Shown: one piece after another, positions 50,365 to 60,169 of the stretch
Numbering within the stretch: position 1 is the first letter of the stretch
Layout: the number at the start of each line of letters is the position of its first letter
NCBI GenBank assembly: GCA_030704615.1
Contig: CM060732.1
Span: 58,714,001 to 58,778,000, forward strand
DNA: 64,000 nt
Source: Takakia lepidozioides
Lineage: Eukaryota; Plantae; Bryophyta
Direction: 5' to 3'
Program-made: the position numbers and the translations under genes
The notes under the pieces: generated by a model
Database searches by the model: none
The model's input: only the letters and a program-made list of their open reading frames with translations
What the model was told of the DNA's origin: nothing

Positions 50365-51567
50365 ATGGATGTTATAGCGGAGAGGAGCAACAGTCTGCTC
50401 CCAGACTACCTGTACAGTCACGGATTGTACACAGCTGATGTGCGGAAATCAGGCCATGGAGGGGCATCCGCACTCCCGGATCTCTTCAGCTCTCTCACCA
50501 GGCAAGGGGCCGGAGGATCGTCTGCCCATTTTGCAGGGTCCCGATTGGCTTCCTCAATCTTGCCTTCGAAGGAAGGGTTGGGCACTGCCCCGTATATGGG
50601 TGCTGCTGGGAGAGCCCCTGGATTCATGATTCCGGCTGCAAGCGAGCGTGGAAAGATCAAACTGTTCTCGCCTGAGTATTACGCGGTCTGTGCTTTTGGA
50701 GGGAGTCTTTGCTGTGGCCTGACTCACACGGCTATCACGCCGTTGGACGTTGTCAAGTGCAACATGCAGATTGCGCCAGAAAAGTATAAGAGCATCACTG
50801 GGGGATTTGCGTTAGTAGTTAAAGAAAACGGCACCACCGGGCTCTTCAGAGGATGGGTCCCCACGCTATTTGGATACAGTATCCAGGGTGCGTGCAAGTA
50901 TGGATTCTATGAGTATTTCAAAAAGACCTACTCGGATTTGGTTGGTCCTGAGAATGCTGCGAAGTATAAGACCTTGATTTACCTGGCAGGGTCCGCTTCT
51001 GCCGAGACCATAGCTGATATAGGTTTGTGTCCGCTTGAGGCAGTCAAGGTGCGTGTTCAAACTCAGCCTGGGTTCGCAAAAGGCTTATCCGATGGACTCC
51101 CCAAGCTGATTGCCTCTGATGGCTATGCCGGACTCTACAAGGGATTGGTTCCTCTTTGGGGGCGTCAGATCCCTTACACCATGATGAAGTTTGCAACGTT
51201 CGAGAGTACAGTTGAGGCTATGTATAAGTATATCATTCCCGTTCCAAAGAAAGAGACTTCGAACTTAAGCCAACTGGGGGTAAGCTTTGCGGCAGGGTAC
51301 ATAGCCGGCATTGCATGTGCAATTATCTCTCATCCGGCCGACAATCTGGTTTCCTTCTTGAACAATGCCAAAGGAGCAACTGTCTCCCAAGCTGTAAAGC
51401 AGATGGGTATGTTGGCTCTTTTTACTCGTGGTCTTCCTCTGCGTATTGTCATGATTGGAACACTGACAGGTGTTCAGTGGGTTATCTACGATTCATTTAA
51501 GGTCTTTGTTGGGCTTCCGACCACTGGAGGCGTTGTTGAGGAGCCTAAGCAGACTCCTGCCGAATAG
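50365..51567 (+). CDS. PHT3: Mitochondrial phosphate carrier (PHT3/MPT family), 400 aa, intronless CDS
   Basis: Likely ATG at 50365. Motifs CGLTHTAITPLDVVKCNMQ, GYSIQGACKYGFYE, CPLEAVKVRVQT, PLWGRQIPYTMMKF, SHPADNLVS and GLPTTGG. A polypyrimidine tract plus CAG at 50240 suggests a 5'-UTR intron. Confidence 0.96.
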   Translation: MDVIAERSNSLLPDYLYSHGLYTADVRKSGHGGASALPDLFSSLTRQGAGGSSAHFAGSRLASSILPSKEGLGTAPYMGAAGRAPGFMIPAASERGKIKLFSPEYYAVCAFGGSLCCGLTHTAITPLDVVKCNMQIAPEKYKSITGGFALVVKENGTTGLFRGWVPTLFGYSIQGACKYGFYEYFKKTYSDLVGPENAAKYKTLIYLAGSASAETIADIGLCPLEAVKVRVQTQPGFAKGLSDGLPKLIASDGYAGLYKGLVPLWGRQIPYTMMKFATFESTVEAMYKYIIPVPKKETSNLSQLGVSFAAGYIAGIACAIISHPADNLVSFLNNAKGATVSQAVKQMGMLALFTRGLPLRIVMIGTLTGVQWVIYDSFKVFVGLPTTGGVVEEPKQTPAE

Positions 51568-53237
51568 ACTGGAGAAACGAGCTGGTCAGGATCTGTTGGA
51601 TCCAATTTGACTGTCGCATTTATTTGTGGGCAATGTCGTGGCAACTGTCTTCGGGTTTGTATGTCCGAGGAACCATTTAGTGGATTTCGGTCATAGCCTG
51701 TGCAGGCCACTGTCGATCACGGAAGAGAAATCAGCAAGTAGTCCCTCTACATTTTGTATTTTTAGAAAATGTCAGATCTGACAGGTTGAGATTCATCGAT
51801 TGGTTTGGTCAGGCATTGTCTATATGGGGCGTGGGATGCTTTCTCTACATGGAGATCAATCCACCTTGATTGCAATTGTAGAGATTTGCGATTTCTAGCC
51901 AGACCTTTGATTCTGCCCTCCATCTGAACAGAACTTTGAATCCCTAATTGCACTGCAAGTCACCATCTCTTGAAGAGTCCTCTGTCTGTGAGATCTTTTC
52001 ACAGCGAATCCTTCTTCTTCTTCTTCTATGTGCTGTAAAATATGGTTTATATCTGCCTATTCCAAGAGTAAGTTCGGTGATACTACAACAGAAACAAGGG
52101 TTCACAGTGAGGTTGGGATAGATGGAATCTTCTGTCTTTCTGTTTTCGTACACAGCCTAGTTTTGTTTAATATGGCACCAGATTAATATGGGTAGATAAT
52201 AACTGGAGGGGCTGTGTTTCTATGTGAGGCAGGCACTAGTTTTACTAAGGTGGGGGGTTACTACCTTTTCTAGTTTCAATTTAGCAGAATCATCTGTTAC
52301 ATTGTTCTGCAGACTTGGGTGCAAGATAATACTTGGACATACTTCACATGTGATAGATCTTAGCTGCAGATTAGCAATATGTCCTCAAAGACTTGAGCTT
52401 CCTTCACATTAGGACTCAATCACTTCCATTATCTCAAGTCATTGGCATGTTGTTTGTTTATGTTCATAGACTTGTTTGATTTTGAGAAGGAGAGGTGGTT
52501 GCATGATTGAATCTTCCTGTAGTTGCCTGCCAAATTGTTTCTGAGCATTCTGGGAAGACCCCTACTCATCATATCAAATGAGTTGTTGAGGTTCTCATGG
52601 AAAGTTGGCCTCATTTGTCTTGGAACATTTGAGACCAAGGGTTTATCGGGTAGAATCAATGGATCACAAAACAGTTTGCAAAGCCTTCATTTAGTGGATG
52701 TGATGAAACCAGTTATGTTGTAGACTTGATATTTTGAATGATGTAGAGGCTTCAATTTCGCTCAATACCCGATTGATCATCGTGACGGTTGCCATGCCAC
52801 TGTACATCATAATGTATGTGCCTGTATCTTGCGCGAATGCATTATCTATCCTTTAAACCATTGGTCCCGCCGTTGCATCTGGGATCCCAAATTGGAATCA
52901 TGATAAACTCTGCGGCACAGAGTGGATGCGAGCTGCTAGAGGGAATCTAACTCAATAGGAACATTGGAAGTGAAAAGCAAGTGACTACTTTAGGCCCCAT
53001 GGAATATTGGTGCTAGGAATAGGATGGGAATTGAGAGGGAACCTATGCCAGCCCAGGTTAGCGGGAATTTGAAACTCAGCTTGTTGCAGAGTGGGTGTTC
53101 AATTTCAACAGGCCATCAGGTTTCACAGGACTATGCCAGTATGCAAGAGAGAAATTTTCCAGGTTTACCAATTCTAGCAAGTCTAGTTTCATGGATGGAA
53201 TGGGGTCATGGAAAGACTTATCAACACCACAATTTAT

Positions 53238-54724
53238 TGTTGGAAAACAGCTCCATATTCAACCAATCTGCAACTTGACTTGTAGATAAAGTTAGAGACA
53301 TTAAAAGTAACTCTCTATTTAGAGAGACTTTTTTCTTAAAGTTAAAGCTAGTCCATTATGGGACTACTTAAAAGGCAAGTCTTTAGGGATTTTTTGTAGC
53401 CTAGCTAGAACTATATAAGAAGCTCGGGGTGAAGCCACATATCAATTGTTCTGCCTTGTGTTTCTATGGTATGGTTCTGTGCTTCTATACAATCCTTATT
53501 ATTATTCAATTGTTAATGATGAGCATGTAGCCCAATGGTAATGGGTACATACCACGTTGGATGTGTTTGTGGGTTCAAACCACCATTTAGTGTGTCATGA
53601 AGGTGTCCACCTTCTTGTTGGAAGGCAGTAGCCCTTTGGGGTCAAGTGACACCATAAGTTTCGCTCTCTTTTGGAGGTGTCATATTTTTTCTATCTATGT
53701 TTTTCAAAACCCTCTCTCACTGAGATAATCACGTAATCTCAACCTTTCAATGTCTTTGGAAACAGTATACCAAGTTTAAATGAACACTTGATGTGTTTTG
53801 GCTTTGGTAGGCTTTTTGTCAAAACATTTGTAACCACGTCTTCTATAGAACAATAAATCAATATACTTCCCGAATGTAGCGATGTTGAATCTCCATGTGC
53901 TTAGTCCTCAAATGGTATGTTGGGTTTTGACTTAATGCAATCGCACTTTGATTGTCACAATATCAAAGCCTAATTGCTACAAGGTGGCTGCAGTTTCATA
54001 TTGATTATAGAAGATCTACTTCAGGCCATTGCTTTGTTCTAGGAGGTGGTGCAGTATCTTGATCTAACAAACAACTAACGTCAACAGCTTTTTCGTCAAC
54101 AAAAGTTGAGTACATGTCATTTACCAAAGCAGCGCCAAAGGAAGATGTTTGGTTACAGAAGTTATTTGGAGATTTGGGGCATCTACAACCACACCCAACA
54201 CTCTATATTCTGATAATCAAAGTGCGATTGCATTAAGTCAAATCCCAAAATATCTTTCGAGGGCTAAGCACATTGAGGTTCAACATCACTACATTTGGGA
54301 GATTGTATATATTCTTCTACAAAAGACATGATTGTAAATGTTTTGACAAAAAGCCTACCAAAGCCAAAACTTTTAAGTGTTCCCTTGAACTTGGTATAAT
54401 GTCTCAAAGACATAGGTAGGTTGAGATCGCTAAGAGAGGGTGTTGGAAAACAGCTCCATATTCAACAAATCTACAACTTGACTTTGTATAAAGTTAGAGA
54501 CATTAAAAGTAACCATTATGGGACTACTTAACATGTACGATAAAAGTAGGTTTACTAAAAGGCACTGCAAGTCTTTAGTGATTGCTAAGTTAGCCTAGCT
54601 AAATTTATATAAGAAGCTGTGGGGTGAACCACAAATCAATTGTTTTGTTTTGTTGTGTGCTTCTATGGTTGGGTGGAGAGCTTCTATACAATCCTTACTA
54701 TTGTTCTATCTACGTTTTTCAACA
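53238..54724 (+). mobile_element. Non-autonomous Ty1/copia-derived LTR element with an inverted internal arm
   Basis: Direct LTRs at 53238-53709 (interrupted by a SINE) and 54441-54724, TGTTGG...CAACA. Flanks TTTAT/TTTCT give a 4/5 TSD. A decayed Copia RNaseH lies on the + strand (RRSTSG..GGAVS*SNKQ..S.TKVEY..SDNQSAI..KHIEV..LTKSLP) followed by the PPT AAGAGAGGG. An inverted copy of the RNaseH 3' part plus PPT lies at 53710-53963. Confidence 0.85.
53508..53691 (+). mobile_element. tRNA-headed SINE (copy B) inserted in the Copia 5' LTR
   Basis: Absent from the 3' LTR. A box TAGCCCAATGG (53528) and B box GGTTCAAACC (53572). Body homologous to copy C. T-rich end; TSD degenerate. Confidence 0.82.
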
Positions 54725-55457
54725 TTTCTCAATTGATAGGGCACCAACACCTCTAGAAATAAGTTGTTCTGCAAGTCTAGAGATTGGAGTTCATAATGTT
54801 GCCTAAAAATGAGTGATGATCACTACCAAGCACTTGGATGTTCGTTCCAACTTGCTATACAATGGCTCAGCCTCATCATTGTTGCTACTTATTAAGTAGA
54901 TCCCAATGGTGTTTATCCTATACGTGCTTGACCTATCCATGTCAATGCATAGCACTCTTGTGCCCTATATTCTTTTTAAGCATGGCTCCTCTCTCCTCAC
55001 CACCACCATTGATTCTCTTATCTATAGCTATTCATACTTCACTCAGATACACTACATCATGACCCCTACTATAACAATGTTAGAAAATTATTCCTATCAC
55101 TATCAGTACCATGGAAGTCTAGTAAGTATTCCAAAGAGAACCTTAATTCACTCACAACTTGACAACTTTGTGCACACCACAGAGAGCTCCATTTCTCTCT
55201 AGAACGCTTGAGTTTAAGCAATCCATAAGCCAATTACCATTATAAATGATTCTTACCTTCTTCCAGATTTGTTTTGAGATTGATAGAACTTCACCGTATT
55301 CAAAGTGTTGGAGCACCCATGCGAATGGGACGGTATGGTTTTATATAGTAGTGGGCAATGGTAAACAGTGGCATGGGACGATGTTGGAAGTCACAAGTCA
55401 CAACACACTACTTTATGCCTCTTCTGTTTGTGAACCCTGACACGCATTGCAGAGGGG

Positions 55458-58400
55458 CTAAGCCTCAGTGAGCCACTGCTGGCCATTGATGAATCCAAGC
55501 TCATAGAAGGGCCGCACATCAGCCTCACTAAACTCGTGTGACCATGGCACGCGTGCGCTCTGATTAGCACCCGGACCCCAGCAACGATACTGGCCGTATG
55601 TCACAGTCCTGTGGTAAGCAACGCCCACCCGACAAACCAAACCGACTTCGTTACAACTTTTCAGCTAGATCGAAGCTCAGTTCTCTCTAAGCTGAGAGGG
55701 AATAGGTACAAATTTTATCAACTAGCAAGGAGGGATCGAATCATATGGAGTCCAATGCCTTAAAGCTACAACACTGTCGTGATCCGAACGAAATTATTGC
55801 TAACTTGCTCTACCTGTAACCAGTATCCCTTGGGTTGCCGATTCAGCACCGTTATCATGTGCTGGGCGCGCGCAGTGTTTTGGCCACAGACCTACAGAGG
55901 CTCCCGTTTGGAATTCGTTTATAAAGATGCTCTTTTCTGTACTTCTTCTTTTTCTGCTCTCCATGAAACCCCATCTCGCCTCTCGTAACCTTACCTCTTT
56001 GTCGATCGGCAGATGATCATGTGAAGACCACTAGTTTATACGAAGAAAGGTCTTCACAAGCGTACCTGTCTTTGGAAGTCTCGTGGTCCCAGTCGTCCCA
56101 GCCTTGGGGGAGGATGATGTCGTCGAAGTATGTGTATGCATAGATGATGCGCGAATATGGGCCCATTGCACGCCCCAGATAATTGTTGCCTGTCCCTATG
56201 ACTCTGCAGTTGACAAAGGAGAACCCACTGGGATCACTGGGTCCCTGTCGGTCCTGGGCGGCCACTGATCCGAAATTCGTAGCAATGGATTGCAGTGTCG
56301 ACGACTGTACAAACACAACTGTCCCATCAGTGATGAAGCCATCTTCCATGGATAATTGAGCTGGGCTAACCTTCTCGTCTTCTCTTCTTTCTCGTGCAAG
56401 AATTGGGAGGTATCCATTAGTAGCCATGTCTGAGAGATTGCACAATCTGAGACGAAGACCTAGCAGCCATGCCAGTAGCCACACACTTTGACTATATCAC
56501 AGACTAATTGGTTCCATCACACTAGGGACGCTGTCGATGGTTACCATGTACAAGGACTGGCCATTGCCAAATATGAAATCGATGGAGCCTTGAATGTAGC
56601 AGCTTTTGAAAAAATGCCGCCCTATATCATCACAGAGAGTATCTTGGGCGCCATAGAACCCACAGTTGTAGAAGGCCGCCATGTCGGCCGATATGCGGAA
56701 TGCTGCACCCTGTCGTCCCTCGACACCAGGTGGAGGAGGGGCCGCTGTATTCTGCATATGCAAGCAGTGTGTTAACCTTGAAGTTTAATTTTGGTCCTAT
56801 TTTGACCATCTCACTGGATCTGTCAGCACTGGGCTGCAACCGGGTTCATCGGATTTTGATCTTGTTGTCACACCCTCCGTTCGTAACGGCATGCCCGGAG
56901 AGACAGAAATCAGCAATATTTGAGAGCAGAGTATCCACGACAGTAAAACCTCGCCGAGGCACGTTGAGACATTTCAATCCCCCAGAGTTGAAACTCTGCT
57001 CTGGTTGCAATTCGAATCCGGCGAGACTTCCGGAAGAAAACGAAGAGATGCAGGAGGGAGGCCCGGGACATAGAATATTCATAAGGAAGTTGACACGACT
57101 AATTAATGCAAAATAGACTTTAACTGTACGATCACTCTGATCTGTTGTGCACATTCTGCAAAGATGAGACCAGAGCTCTAGAGAAAGAGAAGAATCTTCA
57201 AATCATGTCTCCGGAAGGAGTAAAGGGCCGACGGGACAAGTATCCACAACAAAACTCTATGGAACCATGTAGAGTAAAAGATGGAAGGTCCACAGAAACC
57301 AAATCTTTCAAGAACTGTAACTCAAAAGCTCAAATTCCCTTAGTGTGGAGAGAGCCCGGGGAGAGAGACATACCCGGAAGCTGATGTCTCTAGCAACGAA
57401 ATTGGGAGCGAAGACCGTGACGGATGCACTGTTGTAAGCAGTAAGCTCCTGCCCATCTGGTCCACGGTCGCTGGCTATCTCATTCCAAGTTATGTACGTC
57501 ACACGAAAACCGGCTCCTTGGAATGTCAGGTGTGGCAAGTGATCCGGCACCACCACCTTCTCCCTGTCAAAATAGCTACCATGTTCACGTCTAGCCATCA
57601 CACCACAACCTCAAGACAACTAGTGCTCACTGTACTGACATGATCAAGCACGGATACAGGTGAGGTACATGTGGTGCTTGAAAATGGCAGTGAATGGGCT
57701 CGACTGTTTCCATTGATGGTCAGTGAGAAAGAGAGTTGAACCTAAATTATCTTAGTTCCTGTATCTCTTTTCACATGTGACCTCGAAAGAGTAGTCTAAA
57801 TGACTAAGCTGCAAAGCACCAGTCGGCCGCGGAATCCACCGAAGAAGGTGCAAGCTTGAGATCGGTGCCCTTATACATCGCACGTACGTACAAAAATTGA
57901 TCCAGCGGTCTTTACTTCCAATTTTCTTGGCTCACACTAACTAAACTCCATCTTCAACTGGCGTAGCAAGGGACACATGGCCGCATTCTACTTAGTCAAT
58001 GTCTTCATTTGAAAGCGGGTCCTAATTATGCTTTCTTAACTTAATTTATACCTCGAAGCCCATTGAATACTGCAGAATTTAGTTCAATCGTTAATGATTG
58101 TAGATGTCTGTACACTCTATTTAGCACTCTCCAATCAAGCTTAGTCACGGTTTATTGAAGTATAGCGATTTTGCTTCCAAGGATCCTCGATCTGCAATAT
58201 GAGAGAGCAGAGAGGAGATGCCATATTTACATGTAAGTGGCCGCATTGATTTGAAGGATGACTCTCTCGGGGTTGCCAATAGGAATTGAGTCGACTGCTG
58301 CCTGCACTGAGGTGAAACACCCCTTGCCATTCACATCCACAATCACAGTCTTCGAGGGAGGTACCTCATCCTGCTGCACATCTGTCTTTTGTAGCAATCT

Positions 58401-58499
58401 TCTACCTTCGAAAGTGGCTGCCACACTATTGCACTGCGGGAAGCTCGTGAGCAATACGACCATGATGACTGCTAACCCGGAAGTACAACGCCATCCCAT
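55458..58499 (-). CDS. Pectin methylesterase without PMEI pro-domain (PME68/PME53-like), about 351 aa
   Basis: Exons 58499-58231, 57563-57374, 56751-56545, 56304-56066 and 55608-55458, all GT-AG and in phase. Signal peptide and motifs [31 protein letters not shown] and YRCWGPGA. Confidence 0.95.
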
Positions 58500-59465
58500 G
58501 TTTTTGTTAGTTGGGCGCTTTCTATGTAGTGTCAACCTCTCTCACACATAAACTGCGAGGCTGTACTTCCTCCTCCGTGTCCTTAACCACACCCAACTCA
58601 TTATTCGCACCCGCGGAAACCTCTCTTTTGTGCACTAAGTTCTCCCATTTCTCAATTTCTCTCTCTCATTCTATCTGCACTGACTACCAGCTGTCTTTTT
58701 CATGTGAGACGACGTTATGAAGTTCCTTCGAGTTCCCCTCTCTCTCTCTCCCCCCAAATCACCTGCCTTTTCATATTCTCTGTCCCGATCTATATGTCGG
58801 TGTCCTGTCGCTCAGGAATACTAGACCTCTACTGGACCGTCGAGATCCTAGATCCCTCTCAACCTCTCTCTCTCCCTCAAATTAGCCATGAACTGTCATT
58901 AGTGGCGCCTATTCAACTTCTCACTCCCAATCACTGTATCCCTTTCTCTCTCCCTCCCTCTTGCCTTACAAATTCCCTCTGCTCCAGGTGGAATCAAAGA
59001 CAGAACGGCAAGCAGCCAAGAAATCCCCAAGAGAAACGGACGGAAAGAGAAAGGGTGGCGAACAGCCCAAGAATTATTATATCGGGCTGCCCAGACCGCG
59101 ACTTCCTATCTACACACGCAAATCGTTTCACAGTTGGTGAGTCACACCTATGGGGCCAGCGATGGATGACTACGTTCTTCATTCATCCCATCGTAGCCGA
59201 TGCGGGGGTCACGACGGGGCCGCCGCGCGGCTGCGCCACCTACCATGGGCCCGCCCATAGATGAATAGGGACATCCGGGATGGATGCTCCTGTTCAAAAC
59301 TTCCTTTCAGTGGATGAATTTCTGTGGTGATCTTCTAATTGAGGCTGGAAGTTACCTATATGGAGGTAACTTATCGACCTGCGGTGACCTGCCCGATCTA
59401 ACTCTCTGTACTAATAGTAATACTACGTCGATCCATAAATAATAATAATAGATTTCATTCATTCT

Positions 59466-59955
59466 GAATGGAGTCTGCATGGGAATATGTGATTCTGTCC
59501 GTAATGGATGGACGTTCAGATGGGACTATGTGATCCCTGTTCGTAGTAGATGGACGTCCAGATGGGAATATGTGATTCTGTTCGTAGTGGATGGACTTCT
59601 GGATGGAAATATATGATTCTGTTTTGTTGGATGGACGTCTTGATGGGAATATGGGATTCTGTTCATCGTGGATGGACGTCTTGATGGGAGTATGGGATTC
59701 TGTTCATCGTGGATGGACGTCTTGATGGGAGTATGGGATTCTGTTCATCGTGGATGGACGTCCGACTGGGAATATGTGATTCTGTTCGTAGTGGATTGGA
59801 CTTCCGGATGAGAGAATGCGATTATATTCGTAGTGGATGGACGTCTGGATGGGAATATATGATTCTGTTTTGTTGGATGGACGTCCAAATGGAAATCTGT
59901 GATTCTGTTCGTAGTGGATTGGGCTTCTGGATGTGATTGTATTTAGTAGTGGATG
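59466..59955. repeat. 41-bp minisatellite, about 12 degenerate copies
   Basis: Unit is approximately GTGGATGGACGTCTTGATGGGAATATGGGATTCTGTTCATC. The central units (59641-59760) are nearly identical. Confidence 0.92.
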
Positions 59956-60169
59956 TACCTCGATGATGAATGGATGGAATATACTATCCAGTGAGGATGA
60001 GAAAGGCGGGAGCGGGAGTGCGCGTGCGAGAAGCGGGTGGGAGAGAGAGGCAGAGGGATCGAGTAGAGGGGGGGGGAGAGAGAGAGAGAAATGGGTAGGT
60101 GGGGCTGAGCAGGTGGGTCACAGGGAGGAAGAGAGCAAGAAGAAAGGGAACAGAAGGGTGGGGAATTAC

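Noticed and set aside
53590-53655. HDV-like/theta ribozyme downstream of the tRNA-like head
   Set aside because: The spacing is too short for P3-L3-P3'-P1', and no nested double pseudoknot is consistent across the copies.
59466-59955. CRISPR-like array
   Set aside because: The units are contiguous with no unique spacers, the context is eukaryotic and there are no cas genes.
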